From Neocallimastix sp. 'constans' (lineage: Eukaryota), in NCBI GenBank assembly GCA_050613775.1, contig JBODTK010000001.1, positions 1,860,001-1,924,000 on the forward strand: a DNA stretch of 64,000 nt, read 5' to 3'. Position 1 is the stretch's first letter. Each line of letters begins with the position of its first letter. A program made the translations under genes and the position numbers. Below are positions 30,763 through 49,945 of the stretch, piece after piece. Under the pieces are notes generated by a model, which did no database searches, was not told where the DNA came from, and saw only the letters and a list, made by a program, of their open reading frames with translations.

Positions 30763-30960
30763 GTGTACTAAAAAATTCTCAGCAATAATGTGCATTTCAG
30801 AGTGCCATTGTTGAACAAATTCAGTATGGCTGTCCAAGTAGAAACAATATTCGACTATATGAAAGGATACTGAAGTGTTGTGACTACTCTATCCTAAAAT
30901 ATTCCTATGCCTTGAGGGGGGCCTATAGGGAGGTATATACTGGAAGTTAAAAAAAAAAAA
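30763..30960 (+). repeat. ~190 bp GC-rich A-tailed element, copy A (SINE/LINE 3' end-like or structured RNA)
   Basis: gtgtactaaaaaattctcagcaat...gaagtgttgtgactac...cttgaggggggcctatagggaggtatatactggaagtt(A)12; near-identical copies start at 32871 and 34885, and a diverged inverted copy lies at 55498-55665. Confidence 0.75.
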
Positions 30961-30980
30961 TAATTTTATGTAAATGCTTC

Positions 30981-31025
<45 letters not shown>

Positions 31026-31063
31026 TGCTAATATTTTGTATTAAACAAAAATTTAATGAAATT

Positions 31064-31121
<58 letters not shown>

Positions 31122-31327
31122 TAATATTTTCATAAATTAAATTTATAAATTTTATTCAGTAATAAAATTATTGTTAATTTTTATAATAATGTAATTAGAA
31201 TAAATTAATTTTTAATATATATATATTTTATATTTTGAAAAAAGTTATTTTTAACAAATAAAATAAATACTTATATATATATATATATACATAATTTATC
31301 ATTTAAATATTTTAATATAGAAGAATA

Positions 31328-32798
31328 ATGTCAAATAATAACAATCCTTACTTAGCCCATTTATCTAATAATAATAATAACAAAAATTATAATAATAGCT
31401 CATCTCATAGAATTCATTTAGATGTTAAAAGTAAAGCAAAAGATCCTAATAAAATATCTTTTAACTCTTTAAAGGCAAAATCAGTTTTTTCGTTAAATAA
31501 ATCTTTTCATCCATATACCAATACTTCTAATGAATCTTTTAATTCAGAAAGAAAAGTTTTAAAGAATAATAAATTCATTTATGGTAATTATGAACATTAT
31601 TACAGATATAGAAATAAATCATCTATCCCAATTGACCCACGTATAGAACTTTTTGAAGAAGAATGGTTTAAGGATAAAATTTGTTTAGATGTTGGCTGTA
31701 ATTCTGGATTCTTAACAACGTCAATAGGTAAAAATAATTAATAAAAATAATTATTTTATATTAATTATTTTATTTACTTGTAAATATATATATTCATAAC
31801 AGTTCTTTTTTTTATTATTTTTTTTTTTATTTATTTATTTATTTAAAATTTATGAAATATATATATATATCTATTTTTTTTTTTTTTTTTTTTTTTAAAG
31901 TATTAATTTAATGTATATATATATATATATTTATTTAACGATAGCAATGTTATTTGAGCCTAAATTAATTGAAGGTGTAGATATTGATCCTCATTTGATT
32001 AAGAAAGCTCAAAATTATTTAATTTTTCGTAATTCACTTATTAAATATAATGAGAAGGAGGAAGAAAGCAAGGAACAGGAAGAGAAAAAAAAAGAAATTG
32101 AAGAGGACTTAAAAGAAAAGAAAAATGAACAGATAAAAAATAATAAAGTTGAAAAAGAAAAAGATAACTTATTTTTTGATTATTATCCAATATCTTGTCC
32201 TTTAACTATAGGAAGTATACCAATATTGCTTAATAATCAGCAAGATCTTCAAAAAATTTTTAACTCAAATAATAAAATATATAATGAAACAGAAATTTCA
32301 AATAGTAAAATAGATATTGATAAAGATCTTGGAGAGAGCGCCTTAAAAAATAATACTAATGTTGAAAATAAAAATTCTCATAATCTTAAAATTGACAAAA
32401 ATAGTTCCAATTTACTTTCAGATAATATTTCCTTTCCAAATAATATTTATTTTCGTGCTAGTGATTGGGTAAATGAGCCAATTATTGAAGATCAAAAAAA
32501 TTCTTATGATATAATTATGAGGTATGATTTTATTAGATATATAATTATACATTTAATAATATTTACTCAATCAATATATATACATATATATATATATTTC
32601 CATAACATATTTAAATTATTAATATCATGAACATTTTAATTTAGGTTAAGTATTACAAAGTGGATTCATTTAAATTGGGCAGATTACGGAATAAAACGTT
32701 TCTTTAATAAAGTATATGAATTACTGAATGATAATGGAATATTTATTTTAGAACCTCAACCTTTTTCAGGTTATTCAAGGAAAGCCAAAAATAATAAA
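31328..32798 (+). pseudogene. Bin3/MEPCE methyltransferase copy 1, 3'-truncated (lacks the last exon)
   Basis: Exons 31328-31727, 31945-32521 and 32645-32798 with GT-AG introns are in frame and nearly identical to copy 3. After the intron-3 donor the sequence switches at a poly-A run to the next repeat unit. It carries YYRYR instead of YYGYR and IMRLS instead of IMGLS. Confidence 0.75.
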
Positions 32799-32870
32799 GT
32801 ATGAAATCTTTATGAATATGAATATATATGATAAATTAAAATAAAATAAAAAAAAAAAAAAAAAAAAAAA

Positions 32871-33066
32871 GCGTACTAAAAAATTCTCAACAATAATATT
32901 CATGTCAGAATGCCATTGTTGAACAAATTCAGTATAGCTGTCCAGTAGGAACAATATTCGACTATATGAAAGGATACTGAAGTGTTGTGACAACTCTATC
33001 CTAAAATATTCCTATGCCTTGAGGGGGGCCTATAGGGAGGTATATACCGGAAGTTAAAAAAAAAAA
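32871..33066 (+). repeat. ~190 bp GC-rich A-tailed element, copy B
   Basis: Near-identical to 30763-30960; marks the start of the second duplication unit. Confidence 0.8.
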
Positions 33067-33761
33067 TTTATAATAGAAAATTTATTTAATTTTATTTTCT
33101 ATTTTTTATTTTATTTTAATTGTTATTATTTTTATTTTTATTTTTATTTTTATTTTTATTTTTATTTTTATTTTTATTTTTATTTTTATTTTTATTTTCA
33201 TTTTCATTTTCATTTTCATTTTCATTTTTATTTTCATTTTCATTTTTATTTTTATTTTCATTTTCATTTTTATTTTCATTTTCATTTTCATTTTCATTTT
33301 TTATTTTTTATTTTTTGTTTTTTAATTTTTTTTTATATATTTTTTAATTTTTTTTTATCTATTTTTTTTTTGGATATTTAATTACTTTTCTTTTTTAATT
33401 ATTTTACTTTTTTATTTTTTTTTTGAACTTATAAATATATATATATCCTTTGGAATTATTATAATAATAAATAAGTAATTTTATATAAAGGCTTCGTTTT
33501 TTTTTTTTTTTAGTGCTAATATTTTATATTAAATATAAATTTAATTTTTTTTTTTTTTTTAATATTAATATTTTCATAAATTAAATTTATAAATTTTATT
33601 CAATAATAAAATTATTGTTAATTTTTACAATAATGTAATTACAATAAATTAATTTTTAATATATATATATTTTATATTTTGAAAAAAGTTATTTTAAACA
33701 AATAAAATAAATACTTATATATATATAATTTATCATTTAAATATTTTAATATAGAAAAATA

Positions 33762-34818
33762 ATGTCAAATAATAACAATCCTTATTTAGCCCATTTATCT
33801 AATAATAATAATAACAAAAATTATAATAATAGCTCATCTCATAGAATTCATTTAGATGTAAAAAGAAAAGCAAAAGATCCTAATAAATTATCTTTTAACT
33901 CTTTAAAGGCAAAATCAGTTTTTTCGTTAAATAAATCTTTTCATCCATATACCAATACTTCTAATGAATCTTTTAATTCAGAAAGAAAAGTTTTAAAGAA
34001 TAATAAATTCATTTATGGTAATTATGAACATTATTACGGATATAGAAATAAATCATCTATCCCAATTGACCCACGTATAGAACTTTTTGAAGAAGAATGG
34101 TTTAAAAATAAAATTTGTTTAGATGTTGGCTGTAATTCTGGATTCTTAACAACGTCAATAGGTAAAAATAATTAATAAAAATAATTATTTTATATTAATT
34201 ATTTTATTTACTTGTAAATATATATATTCATAACAGTTCTTTTTTTTATTATTTTTTTTTTTATTTATTTATTTATTTAAAATTTATGAAATATATATAT
34301 ATATCTATTTTTTTTTTTTTTTTTTTTTTAAAGTATTAATTTAATGTATATATATATATATATATATATTTATATTTAAAAAATAATAAAGTTGAAAAAG
34401 AAAAAGATAACTTATTTTTTGATTATTATCCAATATCTTGTCCTTTAACTGTAGGATAGGAAGTATACCAATATTGCTTAATAATCAGCAAGATCTTCAA
34501 AAAATTTTTAATTCAAATAATAAAATATATAATGAAACAGAAATTTCAAATAATAAAATAGATATTGATAAAGATCTTAGAGAGAGTGCCTTAAAAAATA
34601 ATATTAATGTTGAAAATAAAACTTCTAATAATCTTAAAATTGACAAAAATAGTTCCAATTTACTATCAGATAATAATAACATATTTAAATTATTAATATC
34701 ATGAACATTTTAATTTAGGTAAAGTATTACAAAGTGGATTCATTTAAATTGGGCAGATTACGGAATAAAACGTTTTCGACCTTTTTCAGGTTATTCAAGG
34801 AAAGCCAAAAATAATAAA
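33762..34818 (+). pseudogene. Bin3/MEPCE copy 2, disrupted
   Basis: Exon 1 (33762-34161) is intact. The exon-2 acceptor and 5' part are deleted (junction ~34380), there is a small insertion near 34450, the exon-2 3' end and donor are deleted (~34675), exon 3 has an internal deletion (~34777), and the last exon is absent. Confidence 0.85.
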
Positions 34819-34884
34819 GTATGAAATATTTATGAATATGAATATATCTGATAAATTAAATTAAAATAAAAAAAAAAAAAAAAA

Positions 34885-35080
34885 CGTAACTAAAAAATTC
34901 TCAATAATAATATTCATGTCAGAGTGCCATTGTTGAACAACTTTAGTATGGCTGTTCAGTAGGAACAATATTCGACTATATGAAAGGATACTGAAGTGTT
35001 GTGACTACTCTATCCTAAAATATTCCTATGCCTTGAGGGGGGCCTATTGGGAGGTATATACCGGAAGTTAAAAAAAAAAA
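34885..35080 (+). repeat. ~190 bp GC-rich A-tailed element, copy C
   Basis: Near-identical to copies A and B; marks the start of the third unit. Confidence 0.8.
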
Positions 35081-35404
35081 TTTATAATAGAAAATTTATT
35101 TAATTTTATTTTCTATTTTTTATTTTATTTTAATTGTTGTTATTTTTATTTTTATTTTTATTTTAATTTTTATTTTCATTTTCATTTTCATTTTTTATTT
35201 TTTATTTTTTAATTTTTTTGTCTATTTTTTTTTGGATACTTAATTACTTTTTTTTTAATTATTTTACTTTTTTATTTTTTTTTTTGAACTTATAAATATA
35301 TATATCCTTTGGAATTATTATAATAATAAATAATTTTATGTAAATGCTTCGTTTTTTTTTTTTTTAGTGCAAATATTTATATTAAACATAAATTTAATGA
35401 AATT

Positions 35405-35450
<46 letters not shown>

Positions 35451-35662
35451 TAATATTTTCATAAATTAAATTTATAAATTTTATTCAATAATAAAATTAT
35501 ATTATATATGTTAATTTTTACAATAATGTAATTACAATAAATTAATTTTTAATATATATATTTTATATTTTGAAAAAAGTTATTTTTAACAAATAAAATA
35601 AATACTTATATATATATATATATACATAATTTATCATTTAAATATTTTAATATAGAAAAATA

Positions 35663-36206
35663 ATGTCAGATAATAACAATCCATACTTAGCCCATTTATC
35701 TAATAATAATAATAACAAAAATTATAATAATAGCTCATCTCATAGAATTCATTTAAATATAAAAAGAAAAGCAAAAGACCATAATAAATTATCTTTTAAC
35801 TCTTTAAAGGCAAAATCAGTTTTTTCGTTAAATAAATCTTTTCATCCATATACCCATACTTCTAATGAATCTTTTAATTCAGAAAGAAAAGTTTTAAAGA
35901 ATAATAAATTCATTTATGGTAATTATGAACATTATTACGGATATAGAAATAAATCATCTATCCCAATTGACCCACGTATAGAACTTTTTGAAGAAGAATG
36001 GTTTAAGGATAAAATTTGTTTAGATGTTGGCTGTAATTCTGGATTCTTAACAACGTCAATAGGTAAAAATAATTAATAAAAATAATTATTTTATATTAAT
36101 TATTTTATTTACTTGTAAATATATATTCATAACAGTTCCTTTTTTTTTTTTTTTTTTTTATTTATTTATTTATTTATTTATTTAAAATTTATGAAATATA
36201 TGTATC

Positions 36207-36241
<35 letters not shown>

Positions 36242-37407
36242 TATTAATTTAATATATGTATATATATATATTTATTTATTTAACGATAGCAATGTTATTT
36301 GAGCCTAAATTAATTGAAGGTGTAGATATTGATCCTCATTTGATTAAGAAAGCTCAAAATTATTTAATTTTTCGTAATTCACTTATTAAATATAATGAGA
36401 AGGAGGAAGAAAGCAAGGAACAGGAAGAGAAAAAAAAAGAAATTGAAGAGGACTTAAAAGAAAAGAAAAATGAACAGATAAAAAATAATAAAGTTGAAAA
36501 AGAAAAAGATAACTTATTTTTTGATTATTATCCAATATCTTGTCCTTTAACTATAGGAAGTATACCAATATTGCTTAATAATCAGCAAGATCTTCAAAAA
36601 ATTTTTAATTCAAATAATAAAATATATAATGAAACAGAAATTTCAAATAATAAAATAGATATTGATAAAGATCTTGGAGAGAGCGCCTTAAAAAATAATA
36701 CTAATGTTGAAAATAAAATTTCTAATAATCTTAAAATTGACAAAAATAGTTCCAATTTACTATCAGATAATATTTCCTTTCCAAATAATATTTATTTTCG
36801 TGCTAGTGATTGGGTAAATGAGCCAATTATTGAAGATCAAAAAAATTCTTATGATATAATTATGGGGTATGATTTTATTAGATATATAATTATACTTTTA
36901 ATAATATTTATTCAATCAATATATATATATATATTTCCATAACATATTTAAATTATTAATATTATGAACATTTTAATTTAGGTTAAGTATTACAAAGTGG
37001 ATTCATTTAAATTGGGCAGATTACGGAATAAAACGTTTCTTTAATAAAGTATATGAATTACTGAATGATAATGGAATATTTATTTTAGAACCTCAACCTT
37101 TTTCAGGTTATTCAAGGAAAGCCAAAAATAATAAAGTATGAAATATTTATGAATATGAATATATATGATAAATTAAAATAAAATAAAAAAAAAATAACTA
37201 ATATATTGATTATTATTTACTATTATTATTATTATTATTATTTTTTTTTAGAAAATGCAAACGAATATTAATAATATTCAATTATATCCTGAAAATTTTC
37301 ATCAATATTTAATAGAAACGGTTGGATTTAAAAATTATGAATTACTAGGAAAGGGCTCTAATCAATCTAAAGGTTTCCAAAGAAATATTTATATTTATCG
37401 AAAATAA
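35663..37407 (+). CDS. BIN3: Bin3/MEPCE (Bmc1-like) RNA 5'-methylphosphate capping enzyme, complete 4-exon copy
   Basis: Exons 35663-36062, 36290-36866, 36982-37135 and 37252-37407 have phase-compatible GT-AG introns. Motifs seen: [26 protein letters not shown] (SAM motif I), [48 protein letters not shown] and terminal [16 protein letters not shown]. Confidence 0.92.
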
Positions 37408-37639
37408 TTGCATCTTTTTATTTTTTATTTTTTATTTTTTATATTTTTATTTTTAATTATTTATTTATTTTGTAAATAAAAAATAAATAAAAAAAACAAA
37501 ATAAAAATAAAATAAAAGTAATAATAATAAAAAAAAAAATAAAAAAAAAAAAAATGAAGGAAATAATAAAATAAAAATAATTAATATTAATAATTTAAAT
37601 ATTACAGGTTAGAAATAATTTTTTTTAAAAATTATAATA

Positions 37640-38100
37640 TATTAAATGGGTGTTATTTGTGGCAATTTGTGGCTTTATATAAAAGTGGAGCATTTAACGA
37701 AACCGCTTATGTAAAAGTGGCTTAAATTTATTAAATAAATAAATATTTAATTTTTAAGATATTTTTAATATTTTTTTTTTTTAAAAATAATATTTATGAT
37801 AAAATTTATTTAAATATTTCTTGAAAAATTTTATTAAATGTACGTTTTCGTTTTTATATCAAAAGAAGCTGAACTTTTTTTCTAATGCCTTTTTTTAAAT
37901 TTATTTTTTCGCTATTGATATAGATACATCAATTTCTTTTTCAAGATGATTATGTAAACCTTCATATTTTAGGATCTTCTTTTTTATCGATTAAAAAAAG
38001 TGAAAGATATACATTTATTTGATATTTTATATTCAATACATCTATATATTTTTTTAATTACCCTTTGTTTTTTAAAAAATTATACTTATTTATTTTTTTT
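37640..38100 (-). mobile_element. Decayed Mutator-like (MULE) transposon fragment
   Basis: The minus strand reads KILKYEGLHNHLEKEIDVSISIAK...KSSASFDIK with stops and frameshifts (HNH end of a FLYWCH-like finger). It is homologous to 55100-55250, and repeated aaaagtgg motifs lie at 37660-37722. Confidence 0.55.
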
Positions 38101-39451
38101 TTTTTTTATATATTTATAATAAATTATTCTATATGTTTCACTTTTTTTTTTTTTTTTCCATTTTTTAATTTTTAATGGTTAAAAAAATAAAATATATTTA
38201 ATTTTTTATAGTTTACTATATATATATATTTATTTTATTTTTTTATAATTTATTATTTAATTATTATATTTTTTGTTATTTATTTCATTTATTGCTTTTT
38301 TTGTTTATTTAGTTATTTTTTTTTATTTTTTTTAATGTTACAAACATAAATAATAAAGTGTTTATGAGAAAAATTTTTGGGAGGTGTGCATTTCACAAAA
38401 TGTGGATTAAAATAGTTTTAAAAAATAAACATATGAAAAATAAATAAAATAAATAAATAAAATAAATAAATAAAAAATATTTAATAACTAATTAAAAAAA
38501 TTGAATAATTAACACATATAAATATTTCAAATATTATGGTTAATTATTTTTAACTAAAGTTAAAATTATTCATATATAATTTCTATGTAATTTTACATAA
38601 ATTTATGTTTAATCGTTAGATTCATAATTTTTATGTAATTATAAATGGTCATAAACTAACAGTAATAAATTTTGAAAATGAGTAATAATTTTTATGAATA
38701 AAAGATAAAGTCATTTATTAATGGATGAAAAAAAAAAATTTATTTATAATTTCTCAATTCATATTATAATTTTATTAAATTATTTTGATATTATTTTAAA
38801 TGATTTATAAATTTCAGATTTCAAATTTTAAAATAATCTTTTTTTCAATTGATTTTTAGTTTGTAATATAAAAACTATTATAAACTTATATACTTTTTAA
38901 CTCCCTTTAATAGTTTTAACTTTCAACTTTATTTTTTTTTTTTTTTATTTTTATATAGATATAAAAATTAATTAAATAATTATTTTATTCAATAATTTTT
39001 AATACATTTACTAATATTATTGTAGAATATATTAATGTAAAAAAAATCTTTTTTTTTTTTTTTTTTTTAACATATTAAATTAAATATGTTAAATAATTAA
39101 ATTAATTAAAAAATGCTTTTATTATAAGAATTAAGCATAATTTTAAAAATTCGATAAATTAATAAAAAAAAAAGGAAAAAAAAAAAAAAAAATAAAGTCA
39201 TAAGTAATAAATAATATTCATTAAATATACATATATAATATTAATATAATGAAATTTTAATAATAAAACAAAGAATAAATAATTTTTACTGGAATACTAT
39301 TATACTATTAAACTTTTTTTTTTATTATTTCATTTTTTTTTTTTAAAAGTACAATATTAATTATATAAACATTAAAATTTTAATAGAACAAAGAAATAAA
39401 GAAAAGCAAACAAACAAATAAAAAAAAATAAATAAAATAAAATAAAATAAA

Positions 39452-39484
<33 letters not shown>

Positions 39485-39903
39485 ATGAAATACTTATTTT
39501 TACAGAAGGTATTTAATATATAATTTATAATTTTAATAAAAAATTCATTGATAATTTATTAATTTGTTAAATACTCATTTGTAATTTCTTTTTTTTCTTT
39601 TATATATATATATATAATTTATATTATTATTACTATTATTAATATTTATATTAATATTTTATATTATTCTTCGTTATTAGAATAATAAATAAAATAGAAA
39701 TTTGTAATATAGTACGTATATTTAGAATAAATATACATTTTATTAAACTAATTTTTAAATATTTATTTATTTTATTTTAAAGAGGAATATAATTAATAGT
39801 TTTATAAAATTATTAGATAATTTATAATTGAAATTCCATTTTTTTTTCTTTTTTTATTTTTTTTTTTTAAAAAAAATAAAAAAATCATAGAATTAAATGA
39901 AAA

Positions 39904-40782
39904 ATGGATTCACAGATAAATTATAACAAAAAAGATAATACTAGTATTGATAGAGAGGAACAAGAATTAGAGGGAATAATCAATAATAATGAAACAAATG
40001 CACAATTAAAACATAAAAGTATGCCTTTATTTATTAAGCTATTAATAATTAAAGTAATAAAAATTGAATTTTAATATTTTTTAATATTAAAAGTATTAAT
40101 GAAAACATTTTAAATGTTAATAATATTATTACATAAAGAAAGTAAAAATCAAAATTCAGTATCATATTATTATTATAATGTTGTTAATTGGACAAGTGAT
40201 GTCATAATACAAGCAAAAGAAAGACTAAAATCTAGAACAAGTATAGAATTATTATTATTATTATTATAATTCTTTTTTAATTATATATTTCATTATATAT
40301 TTGTTAACATTTAAAATAAGTTAGAATTATTAATAAATTATGTTTTAAAATTATATTAAATTAATATTAAATTATATATATTGTATATTTTAATACAACT
40401 GGAAATCTAATAATATTTGGTTAATATGATTTTTATATTTATATAATCAATTTTAATAATATAAAGATCCAGTATGGTTACTAGGTCAGTATTATCCAAA
40501 TGGAATGGAGAAAGCGAATCAATTAGAGTCTTTTTTTTTTTTAGATCATAATTCAAGAATTTGGTTAACCTATAGATATTCTTTTGAGCCAATATTTCCA
40601 TCAGATTATACGTCTGATATGGGATGGGGATGTATGTTAAGATCTGGTCAAATGCTTTTAGCTAATGCTTTAGTCTATCATTTTTTAGGACGAGGTAAAA
40701 TATCTAAAAAAAAAAAAAAATTAGCATTATATTAAATAAATATTGTATATAGAAAGTAATAATTATAATATATAAATTTATA

Positions 40783-40852
<70 letters not shown>

Positions 40853-41390
40853 AATAATGATTTTTGTTTTCAATATTTATATAATTATATAAATCTTATT
40901 CTTTATGCATTTAATATATGTATTTATTTATTTATTTTTCAATTTAATAAAAGATTGGAGAATTAATAATAAAGAAAAGTATCAATTTTATAAAAAATTA
41001 ATTGGATGGTTTATGGATTTTAATGAAAAACCATTTTCAATTCACAAAATTGCAAAATTAGGTCAGAAATATGGTAAAACTATAGGTGAATGGTTTGGTC
41101 CAAACATAATATCAAAAGTATTAAAAGATGCAATGGAAGAATTTTCAGAATGTAATAATTGTATTAGTGTATGTATTTCTGTGGATCAATCAATTTATAA
41201 AGATGAAGTATTAAAGGTAACAAATAATTGGAAGAAGGCATTAATTTTATTATTACCAATACGATTAGGTATTAAAAATTTAAATCCATTATATTATAAT
41301 GATTTAAAGGTAATTCTATTATCATCATTATTATATATATAAATAGTAATTTCATCATCATCATCATCATCATCATCATTATTATTATTA

Positions 41391-41483
<93 letters not shown>

Positions 41484-41731
41484 GAATTTAATATTTAATA
41501 TAATTTTTTTATTTTATTTTATATTATTTTTATTTTATTATTGTTATTATTTTTTTTTTTTTTAAAAGAAATGTTTTCAATTTCCTCAATGTATTGGTAT
41601 TGGAGGGTAAATAATAAATCAATATAAATTCTTAATTCTTAAAAACTATTAATAATACAAATACCATTATATATGACAATACTAGTGGTAAACCAAAATC
41701 TTCGTTATATTTAATCGGAAATGACGGTATT

Positions 41732-41816
<85 letters not shown>

Positions 41817-42463
41817 AACTAAAACACTATTTAGATAATGATATAATATATTTAGACCCTCATATTATAAAACCTGGTAATTTATTAATTAATATCTTTA
41901 ATAACTATAATAAACAATTAAATAAATATTAAAGAATATTCTTTTAATAATTTTAACTGTAGCATTACCAAGAAAAGATAATTATGATGATAATGTAAAT
42001 ATATATAATAAATAATAAATAATAAATAATAAATAATAAATAATAACAGTAATAATATTAACAACAATAATAATAATAACAAATATATAAATATATGTAT
42101 GAAATTAGGATTATTTATCTTATAGATGCCCAACAGTCCAAACAATAAATATTGCATCGTTAGATCCATCTATGGTTATTGGTTTTTATTTTTCAGATGA
42201 AGGTGATTTTAATGATTTTTGTAAATTGTATGAAAATGTAAGTTATTATAATTAATAATAATTATAAATTTATTTTATTTATTTATTTTTTTTATTAGTA
42301 AATATATAATATTAATATTTTTAAATAATATCAATTTATTAATATAATAATTATTATTATTTATTTATAGTCAAAGGGTCAATATCCAGTTTTCGTAATA
42401 TCTGATAAAAAACCAGAATATTTAGATGAAGATATTGATATAATATCTGTTCCTACACATTAA
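39904..42463 (+). CDS. ATG4: Autophagy cysteine protease Atg4 (peptidase C54), about 10 exons
   Basis: Spliced translation gives MDSQINY...PVWLLG...SRIWLTYR...[22 protein letters not shown] (catalytic Cys), [42 protein letters not shown] (catalytic Asp/His), [10 protein letters not shown], and ends ...[16 protein letters not shown] at 42463. The two 5' exons are less certain. Confidence 0.92.
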
Positions 42464-42960
42464 AAAAAAAAAAATTTTTTTTATTCATAATAGTAATATT
42501 TATATATTTTATCGTATTTATATTTGTTTATTAGAATTCCATTAAAAATGATTATTTTTATAAATCATTGTAATTAGAACATATATTAAATAATAATAAC
42601 AACAATAATAATATTTATTATAATAATAATTATAATCATAATAATTATAATAATATAACAATAATTAAAATAATAATAATTAAAATAATATAATAATAAT
42701 AGTATTAATATAATGAAAATTATATTGACTATTACAATAATACAACCTCCAAAAAAGACGAAATAAAACAAATAATACACAGTATGTAATCTCAATTTAT
42801 TTTATGTGTAGAAAAAATTTCATTATAAATGTTAATATTACAATATATATATATATATAAATTAATTTATTTTAAACTTAAATATAATGTTATGTAGTGA
42901 TTAATAAAATAATTTTCGTATATTTATTACAAATTATTATTTTATAAAAAGATTTTTAGT

Positions 42961-42995
<35 letters not shown>

Positions 42996-43069
42996 CTATA
43001 TATTGAAATTAATTCTAAAATTCTTAATAAATTGTTATAGTTTTTATTTTATTTTATTTTATTTTATTT

Positions 43070-43117
<48 letters not shown>

Positions 43118-43131
43118 CAATTTTAAGTTGT

Positions 43132-48977
<5,846 letters not shown>

Positions 48978-49308
48978 AATGCTCTCTTTAATTTTGAGTT
49001 ATATTATCATTAAAACAATTTATTATTATTATTATTATTATTATTTAAATCATTAATAGTATGTTATCCAATTACAATAAATTAATAAAAAGGTAGTAAA
49101 TAAAAAATTTAAATTTTGATTGTAAATAAAATAACAACTTTCTTCTTTTAAAAAAAATGTTGTAATTATAAAAATTTACAAAGTTATATGATATAGCTTA
49201 AAAAACTAAAGATAATTATAAAAAAAAAAAAAAAAATTATAAACTTTATTTATTATAAAATGAAAAAATTTATTTAATTTTTCCATACTAAATATTTACA
49301 ATTATTAT

Positions 49309-49353
<45 letters not shown>

Positions 49354-49891
49354 TTGGTATATTGTTTATTTTATAACCAAGGAAATGGAATTTTAATTTT
49401 TTTCAAAGATATATTGATATATAATTATTTCAGATGATGAAATTAACTAAATATATAATATAAATTCTAATAGTTTATATAATTATAAATTAATAATTCG
49501 TTTAATTTTTTTCAGATTTGAAATAATATTATAAAAATATATATAAAATTTGCTATTATTTTAATAATAATGAAAAATAATTTGTGTCTTTTTATATATA
49601 TATATATATAATTCATTTTATCAAAAATTGTAATATAATGATATTTTCAATTTTTATTATGAAAATACATTGTAGACATTAAAATGAATTTAAAATTTAT
49701 ATATTTTTCAATATATTTATGGAAGTTGATAATATCTAGTAAAATTTTATAAAAAAATTAAAAATATTAGAAAAATAAATTTTTAAAATTATCAAAAAAA
49801 AAAAAAAAAAAAAAATAGAGATAAAATAGTATTATCAATTTTATTTCATTGATGTTAAAAAAAAAAAAAAAACAGTTTTTATGAATTAGAT

Positions 49892-49945
49892 ATAAAATCT
49901 TTTTTTACTTAAAGTTTAATAACTTTAAGTAAAAAAAGATTTTAT
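49892..49945. repeat. Perfect 25-bp inverted repeat with 4-nt loop
   Basis: 49892-49916 (ataaaatc-T7-acttaaagtt), loop taat, then 49921-49945 as the exact reverse complement. Confidence 0.9.

Noticed and set aside
30763..30960. U6 or another spliceosomal snRNA, tRNA or 5S gene next to Bin3
   Set aside because: No ACAGAGA box, U1 5' end, U2 branch-pairing sequence or tRNA cloverleaf was recognised on either strand.
33106..33347. ORFs with MK/IK or LF/SF repeats
   Set aside because: They are translations of TTTTTA/TTTTCA hexamer microsatellite.
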